Source: Candidatus Thorarchaeota archaeon (GTDB lineage: Archaea; Asgardarchaeota; Thorarchaeia; Thorarchaeales; Thorarchaeaceae). Taken from it: a stretch of 25,319 nucleotides of DNA. A program made the position numbers and the translations under genes. The stretch spans positions 1 through 25,319 of the forward strand of contig JAEORO010000049.1 in NCBI GenBank assembly GCA_016840855.1, written 5' to 3'. A model generated the notes under the pieces. The model was not told the origin of the DNA. It ran no database searches and saw only the letters and a program-made list of their open reading frames with translations. Below are positions 9,001 through 17,952 of the stretch, piece by piece (position 1 is the first letter of the stretch; every line of letters begins with the position of its first letter).

Positions 9001-9587
9001 CCTTCAACATCGATTACTTGCATTCCTGTTGAGAAGACTCCTGGGAGAATAGGCTGTGCATATGTGATAGCAAAGACGACATTGTAGTAATCTGCTTCAT
9101 CGGTGTATTCGGAATTGATGGAATTAAGAGTTATAAAATCAGAGGGTCTTGGTTCATCAGAACCAGGGACATAACGATAAGCTAGACTATTCCATCGATT
9201 TGATGTGACATTATACTCAAGACCAAAGAATGCGGCTCTCTCACTTCTTCCATTTCCCCAGAATTGTATCGCATCTAGATCAGTTGTAAGAAATGACTTT
9301 GGGACTGTGATATTAACAAGAAGATTATCACCTACTTTGATCTTATAGCTGTTATCTGCAATGTCGGTCATATTATTTGCATATGCAATCCATATACGCG
9401 GTTGAGGACCGAAAATCCAGTTAGACTGATCCTCGGAATGTGAAAATTGTGTAACATTGTCTTCCTCAACTCTCCAGGCGACTCCCATTATCGGATCAGC
9501 TGGACTTTGCGCGATGGCTGGTGTGATAGTTATAGCAAAACTAACGAACAACAGTGCAATTAGCATAATTGTGTTTACTTTTTTCAT
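6021..9587 (-). CDS. Large secreted, C-terminally anchored cell-surface glycoprotein (S-layer-like)
   Basis: Start moved to ATG 9587 (MKKVNTIMLIALLFVSFAITITPAIA signal peptide, GAGGTGG SD upstream). Acidic beta-rich body with many N-x-S/T sequons, T/P linker, then a TM helix ending YRRR. Confidence 0.85.
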   Translation of the reverse strand: MKKVNTIMLIALLFVSFAITITPAIAQSPADPIMGVAWRVEEDNVTQFSHSEDQSNWIFGPQPRIWIAYANNMTDIADNSYKIKVGDNLLVNITVPKSFLTTDLDAIQFWGNGRSERAAFFGLEYNVTSNRWNSLAYRYVPGSDEPRPSDFITLNSINSEYTDEADYYNVVFAITYAQPILPGVFSTGMQVIDVEGHPIAANWLVAAETGKYISPPIGFGVPVIPTDFSLPNYYYADIVGEDGKIIHYVDVNDTFIVRMMSNAEIGSALIPFAQLTWDQDYHMTENWTYPVGLDTDNAVLFNSDVTWEEIVVDLYPMMFLKVNETDAYVLGGYLDVDWEWIDLGGGVGMWFPHLLVIENSTIDLSRYFVVNSGYTSVNDRHLIQWGGYFTNETDMDDGFGFGGTIEPEMSLVTVLDTNGRPIVARPEIRERATMKLAFRSAFIEAFVYNGAGQIASVVQQGELLNLTMLVHKNMNEINGSIVYEIDSGTATPPALFNVTQELMYITLEVRGSIMDSNDTHFWRVNIAHSIRINFETGLSTESSEYRITMFQSGGLQLWTYTLTTDHVNVTSYRLDIQEDLTKLNVMFSFDQDAPSMVMDQAKVSVGLLSNVRIWDAINGTWGYPWWLVTGGQLSLAEYIALVNSWTNQETEVDLSSDTLWSPRNLRLGYVDTYTPPIWIVTEDGAIDLDGNIYTLADQYYIKRTGYWEDWGNITVSGMLVALGFDPTPGDEGDEFWSENWMGVLKSEMWFNANETFYWYHTDGSPVSASEMARIQDTMWADIDNDIPIPGYEHVAWMAKNRTLDVSRIPGLEAGKWTNTWFAWGTRQSYWVGISETQATLARFRAEYAGLLIFNDGLGPTPSAPDFTLRDGQVMTDEVTHLVLIDDVAMVELRRPFGATNNSGNVIVSPDTVVSFGVSIYNVNVTIYPLRIEHSSALRGAWDFRQSYEGAIGLNATNFDYWVTKATVSEMAFDIEFKVDMVNYDPEDSTTWNHAVSFKVDQRFGDWTLRSFDNSVLEGRSLAVNFFGVLGTGTATRYTADDRPVTDTNGASLEAEYYDFGSENSPYATVTMGGLPYTWGGDGHTTLYISGSSTVPIGAFSVMYESASGSSVTNWNVEASMLFMTAGYENWGGHEILCDPVFVAYTSSYQGSGTTTPYPPEDVNPLTLYLIVGGVVALVVVVCMLYRRR

Positions 9588-9625
9588 AAATTCCACCTCA
9601 ACAAAAGCCGAGCGTGCCATATATG

Positions 9626-9651
9626 TTCAATACAGAAAACAATGTATTGAA
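9626..9651. promoter_or_regulatory. Perfect 9-bp inverted repeat (candidate operator) upstream of the surface-protein gene
   Basis: TTCAATACA-N8-TGTATTGAA, abutting a TATA-like CATATAT (minus strand, 9619-9625). Confidence 0.5.
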
Positions 9652-9781
9652 AGTCGAGTGCGAGCTCTTGAATTCTTGGTGTATCATCAAAGGTCCGTTC
9701 CTAGTAACCTCTGATGGAAAAACCGACAAACTGCATGAAGTACAAAACAAAATTGCATATAATGTATTATGGATGAATCAT

Positions 9782-11848
9782 CTATAGCTCCTCGAAGTAG
9801 ACTCTGAGGAGTTCTGCGACACTACGAGCCCGAGAAACACATCCACGGTCTCTATGTGGTTTTGATCCATCGAACATATCAGACACAGTCCCTAAACATC
9901 CTCTTCGAACAGCATTTAAAACTGGTCGGAAGATGCTCTTCTCAGCTTTGATCTTATTTGCATCAGATCGACCATTCACGTTTAACCATGCAGTTATGTA
10001 GGGTCCTATAAGCCAAGGATGAACAGAACCTTGATGTGTGGCAGCAGCTCGACTCTTTGGGCCACCAGTATACGCTCTAGCATATCGAGGATCAGAAGGA
10101 GATAATGTTCGAAGTCCGAAGGGAGTAAGAAGCTCCTTGGTAACAACTTTTAGAACCGAATTCGCTTGAATCTCATCGAGTAGTGGATATGGGAGGCTCA
10201 GTGCAAAAACCTGATTGGGCCTGATCGAGACATCTTTGGTTTCATCAGTAACTACATCGTATAGATATCCGAGTTCTTCATCCCAAAAAGTTTGCAGAAA
10301 TGCTTCTCGAATCCAAGATGCGACAGCCCTAAACTCATACGGGTCTCTGCCAATTAGGTCACACATATCACCCATAGCCATGAGTGCATTGAACCAGAGA
10401 GCATTGACCTCCACGCATTTTCCAATGCGCGGGGTTGCACACCAGTCTCCTATGCGCTCATTCATCCAGGAAACTTCCACTCCTTCTATACCTGAGATAA
10501 TCATACCATCGTGATCTTCATGAATATTATACTTGGTACCAATTCGATATGCAGCTATAATGGACTCCATCGTGTCCCAAATAATGCCACGAAGAAACTC
10601 TACATCATTTGTGGCTTCAATATATTTGTGAACGGCCATGATAAACCAAAGTGACGCATCAACAGAATCATACTCTGGTTGGATACCTCGATCTGGAAAA
10701 TCATTTGGTACAAGCCCATATCGTGAATGTCTAGCGTAATTGGTAAGAATTGCACGAGCATCTTGAAATCTGCCAATTGACATAGTGAGTCCGGGCAAGG
10801 CAATAAGGGCATCCAAGCCAACATCAGCTAATTCATGGTATCCAGCAATCACTGAACGCATTTTAGTAGACACCCGATCAACAATGAAGGTGTCAGCATC
10901 AAGTATCAGCCATTCAATATCCTCATCTCGTTCTCTGGTTGACATTGCATATGCACGATCATTCAATAATTTCCTTCGACGAAGCTCCTCAAAACGAAGT
11001 CTAGCAAAATCCTTCCTTTCTGCTTTTGATAGTGGTCCTAAATCTTTCATCAACTCCTTCCGATTTGGGCTGACTGCAAATAGAAATGATAGAAAGTGTT
11101 CACCAGGTTCGAGGACAGTATGAAATACACCGGGAACAATCATCTCTTCTTCATGAGGGAGACCCATAGCTTTGTCTTTTCGGTAGACTTGAGGATCTGT
11201 AACTCGGATTTCACTTGGGGTGAACTCAGCATCAGGAGTATACGCGTACATCCAAGGACTATTTGGACGTTCATCAAAAGACAGGTATGAATGCTCGTCA
11301 AGTATTTCTGTCGCTGGTGTAAAATCAAGATGAGGCGGGCGGGCATGGAGATCGCGACATGTCTGGATGGGCGTCACCGTGAAAACCGTTTCATCAGTGT
11401 TTGCTATTTCATAGTTCACTACTGTGAGATTACGTCTGTATGCCATAAAGACGGTCTTCTCAAGTTCAACGCAACCAGTCTTATACACCATTTGAGGAAG
11501 AGGATTCAATTCAAATCGGTGTAGGTATCGGTAGCCTCTATATGTGACCCCTTTACTGGTTTGCTCAGTACTTAAGTTGCATTCCCCTTCCTTGTTGACA
11601 ATAGCCTCATCGAGTCGAGAAAGCGTGAGCCATCTGTCAACAGGTGGATTCAATGAAGAAACAAGCAAACCATGATAGCCACGCACATTCAAACCAACGA
11701 TTGTTGAAGATGTATAACCGCCCAAGCCATTCGCATATAACCATTCGAATGTAACTGCCCTATTGAGGCGTAAGTCTGTATCTTCTAGTGTAATCACCGC
11801 TGGTTTCCATCCAGATTCTGAATGCAAGTTTGTATTCGAAAAATGCAC
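9782..11848 (-). CDS. Glycogen debranching enzyme / amylo-alpha-1,6-glucosidase family protein (GDE_N + GDE_C) with degenerate catalytic motifs
   Basis: EWLYANGLGGYTSST..G.N.RGYHGLL, YDSVDASLWF, PRIGKCVEVNALWFNAL, SIRPNQVFALSL, LLTPFGLRTLSP.D..Y and HQGSVHPWLIGPY. Exact start uncertain. Confidence 0.88.
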   Translation of the reverse strand: MHFSNTNLHSESGWKPAVITLEDTDLRLNRAVTFEWLYANGLGGYTSSTIVGLNVRGYHGLLVSSLNPPVDRWLTLSRLDEAIVNKEGECNLSTEQTSKGVTYRGYRYLHRFELNPLPQMVYKTGCVELEKTVFMAYRRNLTVVNYEIANTDETVFTVTPIQTCRDLHARPPHLDFTPATEILDEHSYLSFDERPNSPWMYAYTPDAEFTPSEIRVTDPQVYRKDKAMGLPHEEEMIVPGVFHTVLEPGEHFLSFLFAVSPNRKELMKDLGPLSKAERKDFARLRFEELRRRKLLNDRAYAMSTRERDEDIEWLILDADTFIVDRVSTKMRSVIAGYHELADVGLDALIALPGLTMSIGRFQDARAILTNYARHSRYGLVPNDFPDRGIQPEYDSVDASLWFIMAVHKYIEATNDVEFLRGIIWDTMESIIAAYRIGTKYNIHEDHDGMIISGIEGVEVSWMNERIGDWCATPRIGKCVEVNALWFNALMAMGDMCDLIGRDPYEFRAVASWIREAFLQTFWDEELGYLYDVVTDETKDVSIRPNQVFALSLPYPLLDEIQANSVLKVVTKELLTPFGLRTLSPSDPRYARAYTGGPKSRAAATHQGSVHPWLIGPYITAWLNVNGRSDANKIKAEKSIFRPVLNAVRRGCLGTVSDMFDGSKPHRDRGCVSRARSVAELLRVYFEEL

Positions 11849-11940
11849 ACTTTAAGGGTTGTGTCACGTTGACTAGGCGCTTATAGTCATCATCATAAGG
11901 AAGATGGTGATTCGATTTTTTGATTCTGGAGTAATTAAAA

Positions 11941-13227
11941 ATGGATGACCAAGATTATGGAATATCGCAACAAGATGAATCCATAATCGAAACAGAATCC
12001 ACAGATAATCAAAGATTTGGGCTAACTAGTAATCTAAGGCGTCTTGCTCTTGTGACCGGCATAGCACAATTCTCGATGAGCCTTTGGGTCTGGCAGTTTG
12101 GGATTTTTCTTGAAGCTAGCTTGAATCAACTATGGCAAATAGGACTCACATTTTCAGTTGGAACTTTTGCCATGATTGTGGGTTATGGAATATCAGGCAC
12201 AATTGCAGACTATATCGGGAGGAAGAATGCAATGATTTTTGCATTCGTTCCCATGGCATGCGGACTTTTAGCCCTTCGATTATTTCCAGTATGGCCATTC
12301 ATTCCATTTGAGTATGGAATAATCGAGATTGGTTGGGCTTTCATAATTATTATGACAAGTGCAATGCCTGCAGACGAGATAGCCAAGACAAGTGGAGCGA
12401 ATGCAGCTAGAACATTCAACATGGTTCTTCTACCAGCATTTCTTGTGGATGGTTTAAGTCCAATAATCGCTGGAATTCTATTGAATGCAGGTTTTGTCAC
12501 AGGAGACCTCTACCTTTTAGCTGCTATTGGTGCAATAGTTGCAATGATTGCTACATACCGAGGTGTTAGAGAATCGCTTGGTAGGGAAATTATCGCAAAA
12601 GCAAAAGCTGGTTCCGTAATTACATTAAGAGGTCTTGGTCGAAATTTCTGGATTTTCACTTCGGGTATGTTTGGATTTGTATTCGTAATGAACGTCGCAT
12701 TTCCTTACATGGGCAATTTGGTGGTCAATGAGTGGGGTGTCAACGAATCACTATACGCGTTTGCATGGGGGGCATGGTCATTCACATGCGTGATTTTGAT
12801 GTACAGTCTTGGTTCAGCAACTGACAAGAACATTAGAGCAGTTCTAATAATAGGTACTTACTCAACAGCGGTTATTGTGGCATTATTTGCATTTGGTTCA
12901 TCATTGTTGGATCTTGTCATTTTAAATGTCCTACTTGCAGCCCCAATAGTAATCTGGAGTGGAGCTGAAAAGACTCTTGCTGTTAATGGTGTAAGAAATG
13001 AGATGAAAGGACGTGCTTTAGGTACCTATCAGTTCGTGATGAGTTCGACACGTTTAGTGGGGTCATTTATGGGAGCATTACTATGGGAATATTTTGGTAG
13101 TCTTAGAACTGTGTATAGCGTCGCTGGTTTGGCAGGAATGATATTAGTGATAGGTCTTACATATGCTCTTATGAAGGTAAAGCTTGAGTATAGAGGAGAG
13201 TCCCACACACTCGCTGTGACCGAGTAA
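11941..13227 (+). CDS. MFS transporter
   Basis: About 12 hydrophobic segments, MFS motif A (GTIADYIGRK) and the C-terminal motif NEMKGRALGTY. Confidence 0.9.
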   Translation: MDDQDYGISQQDESIIETESTDNQRFGLTSNLRRLALVTGIAQFSMSLWVWQFGIFLEASLNQLWQIGLTFSVGTFAMIVGYGISGTIADYIGRKNAMIFAFVPMACGLLALRLFPVWPFIPFEYGIIEIGWAFIIIMTSAMPADEIAKTSGANAARTFNMVLLPAFLVDGLSPIIAGILLNAGFVTGDLYLLAAIGAIVAMIATYRGVRESLGREIIAKAKAGSVITLRGLGRNFWIFTSGMFGFVFVMNVAFPYMGNLVVNEWGVNESLYAFAWGAWSFTCVILMYSLGSATDKNIRAVLIIGTYSTAVIVALFAFGSSLLDLVILNVLLAAPIVIWSGAEKTLAVNGVRNEMKGRALGTYQFVMSSTRLVGSFMGALLWEYFGSLRTVYSVAGLAGMILVIGLTYALMKVKLEYRGESHTLAVTE

Positions 13228-13284
13228 ATTTCTTATCTTCATTCAAGTGGTGAGAAATATCGACTGGAGTCTTGAGGGAGTAAA

Positions 13285-15207
13285 ATGGTTGACGACAAAT
13301 CATCATTCATTGGTCGTCGCTTAAAGCATACTGGAGACTTACTATTAGGTGGAGCACAGAAACAGGTTGGAGATTACAGAATAAAATTTGAAGGCTTGAA
13401 AGGAGTCTATGACGATTTTCTCTCAAAGCTTCTTGTTTCATATGTCCCCAAGAAGTTCGATTTATCATTCATTGACAAATTCTTTGGTAAGAGAAAGTTG
13501 GAATTTGCGGGTGTTGATGGAACTGTCCTGAAACACGATGTTTTCGATTTAGTCGTATTTTTTGCTGGTGCTTACAGTGCACATGGGATGATTGAATTTG
13601 AAGCTTCGGGAGAAGCGTCCATTGCTTATGATGAGAACTACCTTGAGAGGGGAGTTGGCGTGTCTAGTGTTCTTCCAGTCTATATTAATGAAGTACCTCT
13701 AATAGATCAAACTCTCTTAGTACGCGATGAGGATGGACATGCTGACGACTCAATTACATTCACTGATGCGTGGGTTGTTGATAACTCAGCTTTTGCTGAT
13801 TTCTTGATGGGGCTTGCGGAATTCTACTTAGGGTATCAGCTAGTTAATTCAGAAAACCCTGTAGATATTCTTTTGATAGACAGAGTATTTTCCTCTGAGA
13901 TTGCATCGTTCTATGCAGAAACATCAGATTTCAGATTGAATTTGGATCATGAATGTGGATTAATTGGCCACAAAATCAATGGCAGACCTTTCACAAAGAC
14001 TGAGTGGGTATTTGCGAGGAAATTGTTTGGATGTATGAAGTTAGGAACACCTCCAGCTCGTGGAGAGTTCCTGTTCCCGAGAGTCATAATGGAATTACTT
14101 GTAGAACCAGGAAATTCATTGACTCGTGATCAGTTAGCTGACAAACTTGGATTAACTGATGATTACCATCTCTCAAGATTAGACAAGGAACTCCAAAAAG
14201 GCATTCGCGGTTCTGGAGAAGTCGAAGGTCTAATAATTCGCAAAGACAAACATTTTGTATTGAAACCAAAATATCGAGACATCAAAGATAGAATCAGAAT
14301 GCTTGTAGAAGAGGTATGTGGGCGTATTTTTTCCGGAGACCCTAATGTTACTTATGATGACAGATTCAAAATAGATGGTCGTTGGATTACAACAAACGAT
14401 CTTGCATTTCTCAGCATATCATCACTATATCTAATGATTGAACGATGCTGGGATAACAAGACGCTTCTTGTAGGAGTAGCAAAAGATACTTCTGCTAGAG
14501 ATCTGAAAAGACAGGTTCTTCCAGTTTTGAATCATGTGGGACGATTCAAGGGGCTCTTTGGAGGTAAGGGCCAAGACACACCTGACACAGACCGAATGAT
14601 TCTACAATGGATTTCATTACACGAAAAAGATCGACTTGCAGTCCCATGGGCTACAGCTGAGTATGATACAGCATTCAAGACGATTGTACCTCACTTTGAT
14701 AGAAAGCCTGGCTTGGTTTCAGGAGCAAGAAGAAATCAAATATCATTGGAGAGAACTTTCGCAAAATCATACTTTCAACTCTGTCAAGCGGCATCAGACA
14801 AGAAACTTCGAAGCAACGTTCTGCTTTATGATAGGCTAGTCTACCCAGAATTTGACAGAAACTCGACCCAGCTGACGATACTTAAACACGATTATGAAAA
14901 CAGACCTGACAGTCCAGAAACAGTGGAAGTTGTCTTCTATGAAGGGATCAACAATGAAATTCAATCATTCATTATTCCACTTTTTGAAACAATGACAAGT
15001 ATGAGCATTCCTGAGCTTTTTGGGCACTTGAAACCGCTTTACATAGCGGATAAGGTGGCAAAGTATTATTGGAACCAATTCAAAGGCATGGTTGAGAGTA
15101 CAGGAATGTGGTTAGTCAATCGTCCTGATTTGAGAGAGTTTCTGTTCTATCTAAGCAGTTTTAGAGAAAGGAGGTCAAGCGTTGAACAATCAAGAAAGTA
15201 CTCATGA
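13285..15207 (+). CDS. NurA-family nuclease, long variant with an internal winged-helix insertion
   Basis: NurA motifs FAGVDGT, GLAEF, ILLIDR, LVGVAKDT, TDR and FGHLKPLYIADKVAK. Insert SLTRDQLADKLGL...GLIIRKDKHFVL resembles a wHTH. GAGGGAG SD upstream; lies directly upstream of a HerA. Confidence 0.78.
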   Translation: MVDDKSSFIGRRLKHTGDLLLGGAQKQVGDYRIKFEGLKGVYDDFLSKLLVSYVPKKFDLSFIDKFFGKRKLEFAGVDGTVLKHDVFDLVVFFAGAYSAHGMIEFEASGEASIAYDENYLERGVGVSSVLPVYINEVPLIDQTLLVRDEDGHADDSITFTDAWVVDNSAFADFLMGLAEFYLGYQLVNSENPVDILLIDRVFSSEIASFYAETSDFRLNLDHECGLIGHKINGRPFTKTEWVFARKLFGCMKLGTPPARGEFLFPRVIMELLVEPGNSLTRDQLADKLGLTDDYHLSRLDKELQKGIRGSGEVEGLIIRKDKHFVLKPKYRDIKDRIRMLVEEVCGRIFSGDPNVTYDDRFKIDGRWITTNDLAFLSISSLYLMIERCWDNKTLLVGVAKDTSARDLKRQVLPVLNHVGRFKGLFGGKGQDTPDTDRMILQWISLHEKDRLAVPWATAEYDTAFKTIVPHFDRKPGLVSGARRNQISLERTFAKSYFQLCQAASDKKLRSNVLLYDRLVYPEFDRNSTQLTILKHDYENRPDSPETVEVVFYEGINNEIQSFIIPLFETMTSMSIPELFGHLKPLYIADKVAKYYWNQFKGMVESTGMWLVNRPDLREFLFYLSSFRERRSSVEQSRKYS

Positions 15208-17065
15208 GAAATTCTTCACTGATTTTGAAGGAGCATTTGATGGAAGACTCGCACGTGTGATTCCAGTGGCAGCGAATTACACATCAGAATGGGCAGGCTC
15301 AGCTGCAAGATATGATTGTCGAATTAAGCTTCGATACAACAAGGAGCTGATGGCGCAGTTAGAGGAAGGAATGCTTCTTGCAGTACGCAATTTCAAAGGG
15401 CAATCAAAGAAATCAGGGAAGGAAAAGATTCAGAGATATACTGTGATGGTGATTAGTAAAGTTTGGCCCCTACACTACGGACTTGGGGGCGTAAATGATA
15501 GTCATTATTATCCGCTTCAAATGGAAATCATTGAACAGTCAGTGCCGGATTGGCTCACAGACGACCAATCAACCATGATGGTGCATTTGACTGCTGTACC
15601 AATCAATTATGACCTAGTAATTAATTCATCAGGAGAATTTGAATTTAGGAAAGGATTCTCATATCCACTATTAGGCGAGAAAGTACATGTTATCAATATG
15701 GAAACTATCGATAGAATATACAATTCTAGAGTGAAAGAAGCTATATCTTTCACAAAATCAACGACATCTCCAGACCCTAAGAAAGATCCCAGAATTGGTA
15801 CTCTGAGAATGTTTCTTGAAAGAGATGAACAAGTTCCCATCTACATTGATTTCAATAAGCTTCTTCGTTATCATTTTGGAGTCTTCTCTTTTACTGGAGG
15901 AGGAAAGAGCAATCTACTCTCAAATCTATTTAGGCGGATTCTCTATCACACGAAAGATACCAAGCTGATAATTTTCGACATCAGTTGTGAATATCCGTTC
16001 CTCCTATCAGATGTAATTTCAGATCCAAAGATTCCATGCAAGGTTATTCTGGAGGAGGAAGCAAAATCTGCAGATCATTTTGCACGATCAATTGTGAAAC
16101 CGCGAGATTTTGAGGATGATGATTCTGCAAATAATGTGTTAAGAAAATTATTCGATGATGGACATGTAACATTCTACAATCAACCTCTCACAGCAGTTCC
16201 CACATTTGGTGGACTTTTAGAAGAGATACAAGATATGAAGACCGCTCAATCTCTCGACAAGCCACACTATATTCAAGCAATTGATGAAGTGCTAAACTTC
16301 GTTGCAGATTGGATGGAAAATAACAATAAAACTGCAGGTGAGAAGCTGGACAATGGTTTCATCGAAAAATTTTCTCTTGCCGCGAAAAGTGCTGTTGAAA
16401 CATTCAATGTCCATAGCAGTTCAGGAGTTTATGCATGGGCTACTACTCGGGACAGTTTGAAACGAAGCTTGGCAAGAGCAGACAAAGCGACAACAACCGG
16501 AGTCACTGTAAAAGATATTTTGAATATGTTTTCTGGACCAGAAAGAGTAATTTGCATCTCGATCGCAGATCCAGAAATGTTGCGTGATTTAGTAATTAGA
16601 TTGACCAGTGCGGCACTGAAATATCGAAAACGAAGATTCGAAATCAAACCACAAATTCTCTTTGTCTTCGATGAAGCTCAGGAGTTCATCCCAAACAAAG
16701 CCAGTGGTCAACTTGAACGTTGTAGTAATGCAGTCGAGAGGTTACTTAGACAAGGCAGAAAGTATGGTCTTGGCGGTGCAATTGCTACTCAACGAATTGC
16801 TTATCTAAACACAAACATTATGCAGCAGCTCCACACATTCTTCGTGGGTACCCTTCCAAGACCTTATGATAGAACAGTTGTAAGCAGCTCTTTTCAAATT
16901 GACCTTAGCATTTTGGATAAGACCCTTGAATTTCCACCAGGATCATGGTTGCTATCAAGCTATATTGCCACGGGGCTTGATAACGTACCGGTATTTGTGA
17001 AAGCAGATAACTCAGAGGACGTCTTGAGAGAGCATGTAAAGACGGAGAAGAAACAAGATAACTGA
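15182..17065 (+). CDS. HerA/FtsK-family ATPase (HAS barrel plus ATPase)
   Basis: HFGVFSFTGGGKS (Walker A), IIFDISCEY, FVFDEAQEF (Walker B), RQGRKYG (arginine finger) and IATQR. N-terminal beta-rich HAS-like region. TTG start with AAGGAGG SD inside the end of the NurA gene; 26-nt overlap. Confidence 0.9.
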   Translation: MNNQESTHEKFFTDFEGAFDGRLARVIPVAANYTSEWAGSAARYDCRIKLRYNKELMAQLEEGMLLAVRNFKGQSKKSGKEKIQRYTVMVISKVWPLHYGLGGVNDSHYYPLQMEIIEQSVPDWLTDDQSTMMVHLTAVPINYDLVINSSGEFEFRKGFSYPLLGEKVHVINMETIDRIYNSRVKEAISFTKSTTSPDPKKDPRIGTLRMFLERDEQVPIYIDFNKLLRYHFGVFSFTGGGKSNLLSNLFRRILYHTKDTKLIIFDISCEYPFLLSDVISDPKIPCKVILEEEAKSADHFARSIVKPRDFEDDDSANNVLRKLFDDGHVTFYNQPLTAVPTFGGLLEEIQDMKTAQSLDKPHYIQAIDEVLNFVADWMENNNKTAGEKLDNGFIEKFSLAAKSAVETFNVHSSSGVYAWATTRDSLKRSLARADKATTTGVTVKDILNMFSGPERVICISIADPEMLRDLVIRLTSAALKYRKRRFEIKPQILFVFDEAQEFIPNKASGQLERCSNAVERLLRQGRKYGLGGAIATQRIAYLNTNIMQQLHTFFVGTLPRPYDRTVVSSSFQIDLSILDKTLEFPPGSWLLSSYIATGLDNVPVFVKADNSEDVLREHVKTEKKQDN

Positions 17066-17086
17066 TGAAATACTGATTTGATTAGA

Positions 17087-17806
17087 TTAGCTAAGTTTCT
17101 CAGAATCTAATGATTGGATTTCATCAATATCATGAGTATTAGCAAATTCTCCAAATAGGTGTCCAGCGCGTCTAGCTTTGGTTTCTATGTATGCCTTACT
17201 ATGCTGAGTTGGTTCGACAATAAGTGGAAGACGTTCCACAATTGTAATTCCTGCTTCAGATAATTGACGTATCTTCTCAGGGTTGTTCGTTAATAGCTTG
17301 ATGGATTTCACTTGCAGGTTTTTGAGAATGTTTGCAGCAATTCCATAATCACGTTCGTCAGGCTTGTATCCTAAGTGGATATTTGCATCTATTGTATCAA
17401 GACCTTTATCTTGAAGTGCATAGGCTCGAATTTTTTCAGTCAGACCGATGTTCCGTCCTTCTTGTCTTAGATAGAGAAGAACACCTTCACCCTCACCCTC
17501 AATGATCTTTAGTGATTCTAATAATTGGTCGCGGCAATCACAGCGTTGACTGCCCATGACATCACCTGTCAAACATTCAGAATGGACTCTAGTGACAACA
17601 CCTTCCTTCCCAACTATGTTTCCTTTGATGATTGCAGTATGTTCTTTCCCATCACAAGGACTGACAAAGCCTGCAATTTGAAATTCACCAAATCTGCTCG
17701 GTAAATCAGCAATGGCGACTAGTTGAACACAGCATTCATCAGTAACGCATACTTGTTTCTCACTAGCTGTAAGTAGCATTTCGATTTGGTCGGAAGAGAG
17801 TTTCAT
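17087..17806 (-). CDS. ribA: GTP cyclohydrolase II
   Basis: RVHSECLTGD..GSQRCDCRDQL, YLRQEGRNIGL..K..AY.LQD.GLDT..AN, DERDY and LLTNNPEK. Start taken as ATG 17806 (ORF track extends to 17860). Confidence 0.95.
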   Translation of the reverse strand: MKLSSDQIEMLLTASEKQVCVTDECCVQLVAIADLPSRFGEFQIAGFVSPCDGKEHTAIIKGNIVGKEGVVTRVHSECLTGDVMGSQRCDCRDQLLESLKIIEGEGEGVLLYLRQEGRNIGLTEKIRAYALQDKGLDTIDANIHLGYKPDERDYGIAANILKNLQVKSIKLLTNNPEKIRQLSEAGITIVERLPLIVEPTQHSKAYIETKARRAGHLFGEFANTHDIDEIQSLDSEKLS

Positions 17807-17952
17807 TTCAATCAAAGGGCTGTCGATTGCTTCATATTGATATATCTTTGTAATGGGCAATTTCCGGCATTTCTAAATAGCACCAAATCTCCATCTTGCT
17901 ATCGTTCCATGAGGGAATTGGATTGACAAGAGACCATAAGATTGCAGTTGAA

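Noticed and set aside
17807-17952. FMN riboswitch upstream of ribA
   Set aside because: No RFN consensus is visible, and the short region is shared with a divergent gene.
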